A stretch of 64,000 nucleotides of DNA from an uncultured Chloroflexia bacterium (GTDB taxonomy: Bacteria > Chloroflexota > Chloroflexia > QHBQ01 > JADMIH01), in assembly GCA_963797095.1 (NCBI GenBank), contig CAWCNY010000004.1:656580-720579 (forward strand), in the 5' to 3' direction. A program made the position numbers and the translations under genes. The notes under the pieces are model-generated. The model did no database searches. It worked only from the letters and a program-made list of their open reading frames with translations, and was not told the origin of the DNA. Below are positions 55,227 through 64,000 of this stretch, piece after piece (the stretch's first letter is position 1; each line of letters opens with the position of its first letter).

Positions 55227-56522
55227 ATGAACTCCCAGGTGCCACTCGCCGCCCGCATGCGCCCGCGCATTCTTGATGAGATTGTTGGGCAGGAGCATAT
55301 CCTTGCTCCGGGCAAGACTCTGCGCCGCGCAATCGAGGCCGACCGTCTCCCTTCGCTCATTCTTTGGGGACCACCAGGCAGCGGCAAAACCACCCTGGCC
55401 CAGGTGATCGCCAACACCAGCCACCGCATCTTCGCGCCCGTAAGCGCCGTATCCGCGGGTGTAGCCGACCTGCGCCGAATCGTCAAAGAAGCCGCCGAAC
55501 GCCTGGCTGATACAGGGCAGCGCACGATGCTCTTCATAGATGAAATCCATCGCTTCAACAAAAGCCAGCAAGACGCCATCCTCCCACATGTCGAGGACGG
55601 CACGGTTACCCTCATTGGCGCTACCACCGAGAACCCATCCTTCGAGGTCAATTCGGCCCTTCTCTCTCGCTCGCGCGTGGTAGTGCTCCAACCCCTCAAG
55701 CCTGAACACCTCGAACGCATAGTGGACAATGCCCTCACCGACAAGGAGCGGGGTCTGGGCGGCCTGCACGCCAGCCTCAGCGCCGACGCACGAACTCATC
55801 TGCTCGCCGTTTCAGACGGCGACGCCCGTTCACTCCTCAACACCCTTGAGCTTGCCGCTGTTTCAACACAACCCAACCCTGATGGACAGCGCACGATCAC
55901 AATTGAAGTGATAGAGGACGCCGCCCAGAAGCGTTGGCTCCAATACGACCGCGCAGGCGACGGGCACTACGACGCCATATCCGCCCTCCACAAATCGGTG
56001 CGCGACTCCGACCCCGACGGCTCCCTCTACTGGCTGGCCCGTATGCTTGAGGCAGGCGAAGACGCGCTATATGTTGCCCGGCGCATTGTGCGTATGGCGA
56101 CCGAGGATATCGGTATGGCCGACCCCCACGCGCTCACCCTCTGCATGGCCGCTCAACAGGCGGTGCACTTCCTCGGTATGCCCGAAGGCGAGCTTGCACT
56201 GGCCGAGGCCGTGGTCTATCTATCGGTCGCACCCAAGAGTAATGCTGTCTATACCGCCTACAGCATGGTCAAGGATGATGTAGCCCGCACCCGCAACGAG
56301 CCTGTACCCATTCACCTGCGCAACGCCCCCACCCGTTTGATGAAAGGCCTCGGCTACGGCAAGGGCTACAAGTACGCCCACGACTACGAGGGCGCGCAGG
56401 TTGACCAACAGCATCTACCCGATTCCCTGAAAAGTCGCCACTACTACCACCCAACCGATCGAGGCCACGAAGCTCGCATCAGCCAGAGAATGGAGGAACG
56501 GCGGACGACGAGTGAAGAGTGA
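55227..56522 (+). CDS. rarA: Replication-associated recombination protein A (AAA+ ATPase)
   Basis: RMRPRILDEIVGQEH. Walker A GPPGSGKTT. MgsA C-terminal domain. The final residues (TTSEE) are encoded by a heptamer array. Extended -10 TGtGGTATAAT upstream. Confidence 0.9.
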   Translation: MNSQVPLAARMRPRILDEIVGQEHILAPGKTLRRAIEADRLPSLILWGPPGSGKTTLAQVIANTSHRIFAPVSAVSAGVADLRRIVKEAAERLADTGQRTMLFIDEIHRFNKSQQDAILPHVEDGTVTLIGATTENPSFEVNSALLSRSRVVVLQPLKPEHLERIVDNALTDKERGLGGLHASLSADARTHLLAVSDGDARSLLNTLELAAVSTQPNPDGQRTITIEVIEDAAQKRWLQYDRAGDGHYDAISALHKSVRDSDPDGSLYWLARMLEAGEDALYVARRIVRMATEDIGMADPHALTLCMAAQQAVHFLGMPEGELALAEAVVYLSVAPKSNAVYTAYSMVKDDVARTRNEPVPIHLRNAPTRLMKGLGYGKGYKYAHDYEGAQVDQQHLPDSLKSRHYYHPTDRGHEARISQRMEERRTTSEE

Positions 56523-56540
56523 AGAGTGAAGGTGCGCCCG

Positions 56541-57302
56541 TAAAGGGTCTTAGTGCCAGTGAGATTGCTCCGAACAATCTCGCTTCCTGAGGGAAAGGAA
56601 GCTACTCAGTGCCTTACCTCAAGAGTGAAAACTCGTGAGGGAACATAGCACGGCATCAGTAAGGGAAAACAATGGTTCCAGTCAACCGGAGGGTTTCTCA
56701 GAGTAATTTCGACATGGTGAAGGCTAAACTGCTTGAAGCTCAGAACCGAGTGGGGCAACTTGAACCGGGTGAGCAGGCTGGTGACAGGTGACAGCAAGGC
56801 TGGTGACACTCACTTTTGGCCCAACATCCCATTTCTCCTCATGATGGGATGTACCCTCTAGGCCAACACAGTCTCAGTAAGAGAATAAAGGTTTGAACGA
56901 GCCACCTAAATCGAAAGCATCTGGTTTAAGACTAAACGGGGATAGCTCGAGTGTAAATGCCACTGCGTTAGATACAAGTCTGACACAAGGCTATGGTTGC
57001 AGGACCTGAATATTACACCAGGCTACGGAGCGAGAGTAGTAGTCAGTGGAGTAATGCCCACTCTCGGCGCACGTTAACGGCGTGTACAAGGCGAAGTCTC
57101 GCAGGTCCTTCACTTGCAAGGGGGAAAGGAGGAGCACATAGTGCCACAACAACCGAAAATCCTACTTGCAATACTTGGCTTGCCAGCCAAGGAACGAAGG
57201 ACGGGAAAGCCGAGATACTCAGAAATGAGTACGTCCGGTTTGGAGGCGAGGGCAGTGAAACCTGAGATAGCAATACCTCAAGGCGCACGGCCCTTAGCCT
57301 AC
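56541..57302 (+). mobile_element. ORF-less group II intron (IIA-like, Ll.LtrB-type RNA domains I-VI) with only a stub of the intron-encoded protein
   Basis: Starts GUGCGCCCGUAAAGGGUC (compare Ll.LtrB GUGCGCCCAGAUAGGGUG). Domain I-III blocks GGAACAUAGCACGG and GGCUACGGAGCGAGAGUAGUAGUCAGUGGAGUAAUGCCCAC (compare GGUACGGAGUACUCGUAGUAGUCUGAGAAGGGUAACGCCC). Domain V AAGCCGAGAUACUCAGAAAUGAGUACGUCCGGUU (AGC triad, GAAA loop) at 57207-57240. Ends ...GCCUAC. Domain IV has SD AAAGGAGGAG plus GUG and only about 60 codons. Confidence 0.75.
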
Positions 57303-57345
57303 AGTGAAGAGTGACTACCGACTGTTAATAGTTCGATAATAGACC

Positions 57346-60300
57346 GTGGACCTGACCTGTCTTGCTTTTATCGGCGCAATCTTGCTCCTGCTGGGGCTGG
57401 GTGTGCTAGTCTATGACTCGCTTCGGCGCAAGCAAAACCAGAATCCCTATCATTTCCCCGACGTTACAACCCATGCCCTTGACGATACGGCCCTTCAAGC
57501 GCAGCTACAGCCTTCCCCCCCTTCACAAACGAGCAAACCGCAAACTCCCGGTATAGCAACAACCTTCTTGCGCCTTTATTCCGCGGCTGTACAGGCCGGT
57601 GGCAGGCGGATCAGCAGATGGAAGCAGCCTCGTAGCAGCCAGACAGCCATTCCCACAGTACAGAGTAGACCAACAGATCTCATGGCGCGCATAGCAGCCG
57701 TGATATCCCGCCGGGCATTGGTAGTAATCGTGACGGCCTCTCTTGCCCTCTGCGTCGTGAGTGTCACCATCCTGGTGACAGGCGCGAATGGTTCATCGAG
57801 ACCTCCCGGCGTAGTGATAGGCATTGCGCGCTTTGCAGGCGCACCCCAGGAAGGGTCGTCTGATCCAACCACCTTGTTAGCCGACGATATCCTCCGAGGC
57901 GCGGATGGTGCTGCTATCACTATCCGCTCATCACGCATCGTCCCTGTGAACGACTCGCAAGCCCAGGCCGAGCGCGCCCGCCTCGACGCCGATTTCCTCA
58001 TCTGGGGCGATTTCGGGCCATCAGGAGCGATCACGGCCAACCTCGTCCTCTCACCCGATTTCGCTCCTGTTACACAGCCGTGGCAAACCTATGACGATCC
58101 GGATCCCGATCTGCTGATCCTGCCCGCGAGTGCCACCGTCTATCTACGTGCTGGTGGTGGCCTCGATCCCCTCGTGCCTCTCTCACTCGCACTGGTACGC
58201 TGGCACTGGGGCGACTTTGCGGGCGCGTCCGTTGCGGCCTGGGGCGCGCAGGCCACCCTCGACGAGAATGGCGGCTCCAGCCTGGCACGCTTCCCATCCG
58301 TCGTGCAAGCCTACGCCCGCCTCGCCCAGGGAGACTATTCTGATACCGCTTCTGTCGTTGACAGCATTGAGGACGCGGGCGCTATCGGCCCGCCCGCGCT
58401 GCTTGCCCGCTCTGCCGCTCGCCTTCTCACCAACGATTATTCGGGCGCGAGCGACGATGCAAATCGCGTGATCTCCGACCGCGACGCTACAGCCGCCATC
58501 CTTGCTCGCGCTTACCTGCTTCGAGCCAGAGCACGCTACAACGTGGGCAGCCTTACCGATGCGCTCGGCGACCTCGATCAAGCCGCGCGCCTCGACCCTA
58601 CCCTTCTGAGGGTTCGCCTCGAGCGCGCCGAAACTTACTATCGCCAGGCCCAGCCATCGCTCGCCAACGACGAGCTGGTCGCTCTCCTGAAGTCCGCCCC
58701 TTCAGCCGCTCCCGCCTACCGTCTGCTCGGCCTCGTGCGCCTTATGCAGGGCCAGCCCGATGGCGCTCTGGAACCGTTGAGCAAAGCCCGCGAGCTTTAC
58801 GCTGGCTGGACCGACGCCCAACGCAAAGACGAAGCGCAGGCCGAGGCCCAGGGTGATAGCCACCGCGCCCATGCTGCCTCTGACAATATCGTAACGCTCA
58901 ACAAAAGGCTGGCGGGCATCGCCCTTTACGAGGGGATGGCCTATGCAGATAAAGCCCGTAACGAGCCTTCCGAAAGCTTCCTTGCGGGCATATGGCGCGG
59001 CATTCGCGGCGAGCCATCGACAGCAGACCGCGCACTTGCCAGAATGCAAGAGGCATCCCGCCTCGACCCCCGCAGGCCCGATATACCACTCCAGATGGGT
59101 AGCTTCTACACGTTTCTCGGCCAGTTCGACAAGGCCGAAGAGCAGTTGCGCCTCGCTCTCGATCTCGATCCCAACTCGCCCGACTCTTACATGGCTCTCG
59201 CACAGCTACAAGAGAACGAGGGCAAAGCCGCCGATGCTATTTCTACGCTCGAATCGTTCGTTGCAACCTCGCCCCGCTACTATCCTGCTTATGACTACCT
59301 CTACAATCTCTACACCTCGGCAGGCAACCCTCAGCAAGCCCAAGCGGCCCTTGAGAACGCCCTCTCCGTAGAGCCACTAACACCGGGTGACCACCTCTGG
59401 CGCGGGAAAATCCTGATTACCCTGGGCCGCCAGGATGAAGCAATTGGCGAATTGCAAGCCGCCACCGCCGATCCCGAAGTGTGGGAGGCCCATTTCCTCC
59501 TTGGTAACATCTATGCGGACCAGGGACGTGGACCCGACGCCCTGGCCGAATACCAGGCTGTGCTTGCCAAGCGACCCAACCACGCAGGCGCCTTGCTGGG
59601 CGCGGGGCGCTTGCTGGTGCTGGCGGGCAGGGGAGACGAAGCACAGACCCTGTTGGAAAGGCTGACATCGGTCGCGCCTTCCAACGTTGAAGGCCACATC
59701 TCTCTGCTTGGCCTGTTGCTGGCAAAAGGAGAGACCGACCGCGCGGTGGCCGAAGGGGAGCGTGCCGTGGCGGCAAACCCCGAGCGCGCCGACGCCTACT
59801 TCTTCCTGGGCACTGCCTACGAGGCCAGGGAGGATTGGGCCAAAGCCGCCGACGCCTACAAGTCGGCCACCGACCGCAACCCGCAGGACTTCCAATCGTT
59901 CTTAAACTGGGCGCGTACCCTATTGCGGCAGGACCTCTATAGCTCCTCTATCGACGTGAGCAACCAGGCAATAACTCTTCGACCCTCCGATCCCCAGCCT
60001 TACCGCTGGCGGGCAGAATCCCAGCTTGCGCTTGGCAATGCCGATGGCGCGCTTTCGTCGCTCGGCGACGCAGTGCGGCTCGGCCCCAACGACCCATTCG
60101 CGCTTGCCCTCACCGCCCGCGCCTATACCACCAAAGGCGACGAGCAATCCGCTCTCGATTATGCAAACCAATCTTTCAAAGCCAGGCCGCAGGATGCTAC
60201 AGGTCAGCTTGCCCTGGGCGACATCTACCTCACCTGGGGTCAGGCAAGTGAGGCCATCCAGGCATTCGGCACCGCCACCGAGCTAGCTTCCACAGACTAT

Positions 60301-60861
60301 GACGTGGCGCTTGCTCTCACGGGCGAGGCACGAGCCTACATGCTATCGGGCGATACGCAACACGCGATGCAATACTTCGCACAGGCCACCCAGCGCGACC
60401 CCAACGCGGGAGAGCCACACCTCTACCTGGGCACGCTTTACACTCAGGCGAACGCCGGCGACGACGCTTTGCGCGAGTACCGCTCTGCCGTCGCGTTGCG
60501 CCCCAACTGGCCCCTTGCGCTATACTATGTCGGTAAGGCTTACCTGCTCCGGCGCGACCTCACCGACGCAGGCGCCTCCTTTTCCAGGGCGGTTCAGTAT
60601 TCGCCCAACATGTTTCAAGCCTGGTTCGGCCTCGGCCTCGCCTACCGCGATGGAGGGCACCCACAGGAAGCGGTGCAGGCGTTCACCAAAGCCTCAACCC
60701 TCAAGCCCGACTACGCGGAAGCCTGGCTCTACCTGGGCCTTACCCTCGAAGAATCAGGCGACCGGGCCAGCGCAACCGAAGCCTTCAGCCACGCTCGCGA
60801 CACCGCCCCCACCGACGCCATCCGCGCCCAGGCCGAAGAAGGCCTCTCAAGAGTAAGATGA
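57346..60861 (+). CDS. Large TPR-repeat protein with an N-terminal TM anchor
   Basis: 1171 aa. N-terminal hydrophobic helix, then more than 15 TPR-like repeats (A..Y..A..L.P.. pattern). Confidence 0.75.
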   Translation: MDLTCLAFIGAILLLLGLGVLVYDSLRRKQNQNPYHFPDVTTHALDDTALQAQLQPSPPSQTSKPQTPGIATTFLRLYSAAVQAGGRRISRWKQPRSSQTAIPTVQSRPTDLMARIAAVISRRALVVIVTASLALCVVSVTILVTGANGSSRPPGVVIGIARFAGAPQEGSSDPTTLLADDILRGADGAAITIRSSRIVPVNDSQAQAERARLDADFLIWGDFGPSGAITANLVLSPDFAPVTQPWQTYDDPDPDLLILPASATVYLRAGGGLDPLVPLSLALVRWHWGDFAGASVAAWGAQATLDENGGSSLARFPSVVQAYARLAQGDYSDTASVVDSIEDAGAIGPPALLARSAARLLTNDYSGASDDANRVISDRDATAAILARAYLLRARARYNVGSLTDALGDLDQAARLDPTLLRVRLERAETYYRQAQPSLANDELVALLKSAPSAAPAYRLLGLVRLMQGQPDGALEPLSKARELYAGWTDAQRKDEAQAEAQGDSHRAHAASDNIVTLNKRLAGIALYEGMAYADKARNEPSESFLAGIWRGIRGEPSTADRALARMQEASRLDPRRPDIPLQMGSFYTFLGQFDKAEEQLRLALDLDPNSPDSYMALAQLQENEGKAADAISTLESFVATSPRYYPAYDYLYNLYTSAGNPQQAQAALENALSVEPLTPGDHLWRGKILITLGRQDEAIGELQAATADPEVWEAHFLLGNIYADQGRGPDALAEYQAVLAKRPNHAGALLGAGRLLVLAGRGDEAQTLLERLTSVAPSNVEGHISLLGLLLAKGETDRAVAEGERAVAANPERADAYFFLGTAYEAREDWAKAADAYKSATDRNPQDFQSFLNWARTLLRQDLYSSSIDVSNQAITLRPSDPQPYRWRAESQLALGNADGALSSLGDAVRLGPNDPFALALTARAYTTKGDEQSALDYANQSFKARPQDATGQLALGDIYLTWGQASEAIQAFGTATELASTDYDVALALTGEARAYMLSGDTQHAMQYFAQATQRDPNAGEPHLYLGTLYTQANAGDDALREYRSAVALRPNWPLALYYVGKAYLLRRDLTDAGASFSRAVQYSPNMFQAWFGLGLAYRDGGHPQEAVQAFTKASTLKPDYAEAWLYLGLTLEESGDRASATEAFSHARDTAPTDAIRAQAEEGLSRVR

Positions 60862-60886
60862 ACGCTAACGCTCATTCCATCGGCGC

Positions 60887-63073
60887 TTGTCGTCCGTCGT
60901 CCATCGTCCATTGACCACCCTGACACTTACTGCCGCGCAGACTGACGCCCGCATCCGCGCCAACGAAGGGACCGTAAGCTGGCGCACTGCCGCCCTCGAT
61001 ATTGGAGCGGTGGGGCTGGCGTGTATCATCTTCCTGGCCCTTACCCTCTACCACCTTGATCTTCCTGGCCTCTACGCCGACGAAGCCTTCGACGTGATCC
61101 CGGCCATGCAACTCTTGCTCGGCCACCCGGTGGAGCTACAGCGCAACGTCGGCCTCCATGTCTTCGGTCTCGATCTGCCCCTCATGTCAAGTAGCGACTA
61201 TCAGGGCGTTACCAGCACCTACCTCGTTCTACCTTTCTTCGCGCTCTTCGGCATTAACGTGGTGTCACTCCGCCTGATGACCGTAAGCGTGGGCGTGCTG
61301 GGTGTAATTCTTACTTTCTTCCTGGCGCGCCGCTGGTTCGGCGCTGGTACGGCACGTGTCTCAGTACTCCTGATGGCTACCTCTCCCGCCTGGGTCTTCT
61401 GGAGCAGGCTCGGCGTGTATGTCGTCTCCCAGGTGATGCCAATCGCCGCCGGATCGTTGATCGCCTTCACTGTATGGGTGCGCAGAAGGCCCATGGGCCA
61501 CCGCAACGGCCCCCTTTACGCCGGGCTGTTTCTCCTCGGCCTTGGCCTTACCACCAAGCTCCTTTTCCTCTGGTTCATCGTAGCTGTACCCCTCGCCGCG
61601 CTCGTACTTTATGGAAAGCGCGTCTGGGACACACGGCGTGATTGGCGGCTCGAACGTGGACGCTGGCTGCGCATCGCCATTCTATCGGCACTGGCGTTCT
61701 GTCTCGGAGCCTCGCCCTTCATCCTATACAACATCCTTTCAGGCGGCACCTTCAGCCTGATCCGCCACACTCTCTCTGCGCCGGGTACCACCAGCGGCGT
61801 AGACAACACCGCTATCCTTCGCAACCTCTGGACCCGCGCGGACGACTTCCGGGTGCTGCTCGATGGTGGCTACTTCTGGTTCCAGGCACAGCCCGGCACC
61901 ATACACTTCAACCCGCTCACACCCCTCGTCTTCGTGCTATCCGCAATCGGCTTGATCGTATTGATATTCACCGACCACCCGAACAGCGGCCCTACATTGA
62001 CCGCCGCCAGGCCGCTGGCCCAGGGTGCGGGGCTTACACTCCTCTCCCTTTTTGTTGCTTTCTTACTTTCCTTAGGTTTCCTAACCGGCACGCCCGCTTC
62101 AATCCTGGTGCTGTTCGTTGCTCTCCTTGCCTTTGTGGCGGCGATATTGGTGGTGCGATTCGCCTTGCTCAATCCTGGCGCGTGGCTGGCTTCCGGTTGG
62201 CTCCTGCTGGCGGCAACCGTACTTTCCGGCACAATATGGTGGATTGGTGGGGCAGGCCGTCCCGAAGGACGCGCCCCCGAGGCCTTCGTGGGCCTCTGGC
62301 CAATCGACGCCACCGGAGCAATCTTCTGGATATCAGGTGCGGGCCTGATGCTCCTCCTGGGCTGGGATGCCACACCCGTGCCGGGCCAGCGTCCCGCCAC
62401 AGCGGCCATTGCCCTCACCGGGCTGGTGATCGGGCAGAGCGCCGTCACCGTTTCCGGCCTCTGGAGCACCCATCTTATTGTGCTATTCCCCCTGCCCCAG
62501 ATGGTGATCGCCGCCTTCGCCATCTCGCTCGCCCGCCGCTTCGCCGCCCGCGTTCGCCGCGACTGGCAGGGCTGGCGGCGAAGGCTCGCATTTACTCTCA
62601 CCCTGGTGGCCCTCGCAGGCTCTATTATGGCCTTTGATGTAGGTGTAGCCTACCAGTATCACAGCGATATGGCGATCACAGGCGGCAGCGCCACTTTCTC
62701 AGACTCGATCTACACTCTTTCCACCTATCTTGATACCCTGAACCCACGCCCCAAAGTGATCAGCCTCGATTGGGGCATCAAGCGCCCCGTCCAGTTACTC
62801 ACCCAGGACCGCGTGAACACCATTGACGCATATGGGTACGAAACCACCCCCAGCGATGCAACCAAGCAGGCCTTAGCCGACCTCGTAAACCAGCCTGACA
62901 CCCTCTATCTGTTCCATGACAAACAGGCGGGCATAGCATACCCACGCTTCGATCTCTTCAAGCAAATCGCAGCCAACGCGGGCAAGCAACCCTCCCTGGA
63001 GCGCACATTCTACAGCCGCAACGGACTCCCCGTCTACGAAGTCTACTCACTATCACCCGGCCCCAAACCCTGA
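60887..63073 (+). CDS. GT-C superfamily glycosyltransferase (ArnT/PMT-like, GT39/GT83-type) with C-terminal periplasmic domain
   Basis: At least 12 TM helices. First-loop acidic motif YADEAFD typical of GT-C enzymes. 728 aa. Adjacent to the TPR protein. Confidence 0.65.
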   Translation: MSSVVHRPLTTLTLTAAQTDARIRANEGTVSWRTAALDIGAVGLACIIFLALTLYHLDLPGLYADEAFDVIPAMQLLLGHPVELQRNVGLHVFGLDLPLMSSSDYQGVTSTYLVLPFFALFGINVVSLRLMTVSVGVLGVILTFFLARRWFGAGTARVSVLLMATSPAWVFWSRLGVYVVSQVMPIAAGSLIAFTVWVRRRPMGHRNGPLYAGLFLLGLGLTTKLLFLWFIVAVPLAALVLYGKRVWDTRRDWRLERGRWLRIAILSALAFCLGASPFILYNILSGGTFSLIRHTLSAPGTTSGVDNTAILRNLWTRADDFRVLLDGGYFWFQAQPGTIHFNPLTPLVFVLSAIGLIVLIFTDHPNSGPTLTAARPLAQGAGLTLLSLFVAFLLSLGFLTGTPASILVLFVALLAFVAAILVVRFALLNPGAWLASGWLLLAATVLSGTIWWIGGAGRPEGRAPEAFVGLWPIDATGAIFWISGAGLMLLLGWDATPVPGQRPATAAIALTGLVIGQSAVTVSGLWSTHLIVLFPLPQMVIAAFAISLARRFAARVRRDWQGWRRRLAFTLTLVALAGSIMAFDVGVAYQYHSDMAITGGSATFSDSIYTLSTYLDTLNPRPKVISLDWGIKRPVQLLTQDRVNTIDAYGYETTPSDATKQALADLVNQPDTLYLFHDKQAGIAYPRFDLFKQIAANAGKQPSLERTFYSRNGLPVYEVYSLSPGPKP

Positions 63074-63123
63074 CCGCCACTTGATGCGATAGAAGAAAGG
63101 ACCATGCAGGGAGGATGGTCGGA

Positions 63124-63200
63124 TTCGCCCTCACATGCTAAATGACATTGGCGGGACGAAACTGGACAGGTTTTGAGGTGTACTTTCGGGTAGTTTTTCG
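63124..63200 (+). repeat. Conserved intergenic element, copy 2
   Basis: About 80% identical to 16660-16738 (ttc..gcc.tca.at.ctaaatg.cattgg..ggac.aaa..ggacaggt.ttgaggtgtactt...gtagttttt). Confidence 0.45.
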
Positions 63201-63287
63201 GGATCTTGAGGAGCCACACATGGCCTTCACGCTAAACAAAAGTAGCACATCTATGCTACAGGGCACGCTATTACTTCTTAAGTCCTA

Positions 63288-63316
63288 TTGACTGAGACGC
63301 CCGGATATGATAATGT
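63288..63316 (+). promoter_or_regulatory. Sigma70-like promoter candidate for infC
   Basis: TTGACT - 17 nt - TAATGT, about 80 nt upstream of the infC start. Confidence 0.5.
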
Positions 63317-63395
63317 TAGTTGTATAGTCAGGCACCGAAAGTGCACTGGCCGACACTTATTTTCATGCAGTAAAGGAGAAAAGACATTACAAGAG

Positions 63396-64000
63396 ATTTC
63401 CGTGTAAATGGTAGAATCAGGGCGAGGGAAATACGCCTGATCGGTGAAGGCGGTGAAAACACCCTCATGTTCACACGCGACGCTATAGCCCTGGCACAAC
63501 AGCGTGGCCTCGACCTCGTAGAGGTCGCACCCAATGAGAATCCGCCGGTCTGCAAGTTGATGGACTATGGTAAGTTCAAGTACGACCAGACCAAGAAGGA
63601 ACGAGATGCTCGCAAGAGCCAGAAGCAAGTAGTCCTCAAGGAAGTCCGGCTCAGCCCCAAGATCGATGAACATGACGTCGACTACCGCACCAAGATGGTG
63701 CGCCGATTCCTGGAGGAAGGCAACAAAGTCAAGCTGGCAGTCAGGTTCAAGGGCCGTGAGCTGGCCCACACCAATCTTGGCCGCGACGTTTTGGAGCAAG
63801 TGCGCCTCGCATTGGGCGACAATGTCATTATAGAATCGCCCCCCAAAATGGAAGGCAAGAGCATGATCATGATCATTGCCCCGCGTCCCGCCAAAGGTGC
63901 CACTCGTCCACCCCGCCCTCAACCGCAGGCCGCCCAGGCTTCCTCAGAAGGTGAAGCCCCAGCCCCCGGCCCCGCTGCTCCTCCCAGAACCCCGGCACCT
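63396..64000 (+). CDS. infC: Translation initiation factor IF-3 (3'-truncated by window end), apparent ATT start codon
   Basis: No ATG in frame. SD AAAGGAG then ATT (63396). Translation ITRDFRVNGRIRAREIRLIGEGGE...PPVCKLMDYGKFKYDQ...VRFKGRELAH matches IF-3 N- and C-domains. A Pro-rich tail continues past the window. Confidence 0.8.

Noticed and set aside
57114-57314. 66-aa ORF called in the six-frame track.
   Set aside because: It lies in domain IV of the group II intron and corresponds to the stub of the deleted intron-encoded protein, not an independent gene.
1-64000. Scan for rRNA, tRNA and CRISPR arrays.
   Set aside because: There are no rRNA-like conserved blocks or tRNA structures. No repeat-spacer array was found with units longer than 9 bp.

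Overview
This is a 64-kb high-GC (about 58-60%) bacterial chromosomal segment, densely coding on both strands and mostly housekeeping with an accessory flavour. Phylum cannot be proven from sequence alone; SLH-anchored surface enzymes plus pervasive heptamer arrays suggest a Chloroflexota-like, monoderm, filament-type organism (low confidence).

Core genes recognised:
- A thiamine salvage locus: thiamine pyrophosphokinase plus a TPP-riboswitch-controlled NMT1/ThiY-type ABC importer.
- mutL, adenine deaminase, an M16 peptidase, CinA/PncC, 3-hydroxybutyryl-CoA dehydrogenase with a short-chain acyl-CoA dehydrogenase, and phosphofructokinase.
- Two two-component systems (NarL-type with a GAF histidine kinase; OmpR-type with a HAMP histidine kinase) and aspartase.
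- A flotillin/NfeD pair, dnaX-ybaB, metH with a SAM-I riboswitch leader, comEA, a pspA module, a LivK-like binding protein convergent with an ANTAR response regulator, rarA, a large TPR protein with a GT-C glycosyltransferase, and the 5' part of infC with an apparent ATT start.
- Three secreted enzymes carrying cell-wall anchoring modules: a class A beta-lactamase-like protein and a GH39-like hydrolase, both with LGFP-like repeats, and a GH5-like hydrolase with three SLH domains.

Most notable non-standard content:
1. A roughly 760-nt ORF-less group II intron (IIA, Ll.LtrB-like domains I-VI with only a stub of the intron-encoded protein) sitting inside an intergenic heptamer-repeat array.
2. 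Genome-style short tandem heptamer arrays at many gene boundaries and also in-frame inside three unrelated CDSs (peptide KIQNPKS/KIRNPKS).
3. Two IS elements with target-site duplications, both carrying disrupted transposase genes: an IS4/IS701-like element inserted 5 bp upstream of the metH promoter -35, and an IS66-family element invaded by (GGGTTGGTA)n and (CCCCGC)n microsatellites.
4. An unusual roughly 850-nt A+C-rich ORF-free region headed by a 3x17-bp tandem repeat and followed by three small paralogous membrane proteins.
5. A roughly 80-nt intergenic element present twice, 47 kb apart.
6. A GNAT gene with an in-frame TGA and a stand-alone GluRS C-terminal-domain ORF next to a perfect 34-bp palindrome.

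No rRNA, tRNA or CRISPR array was found.
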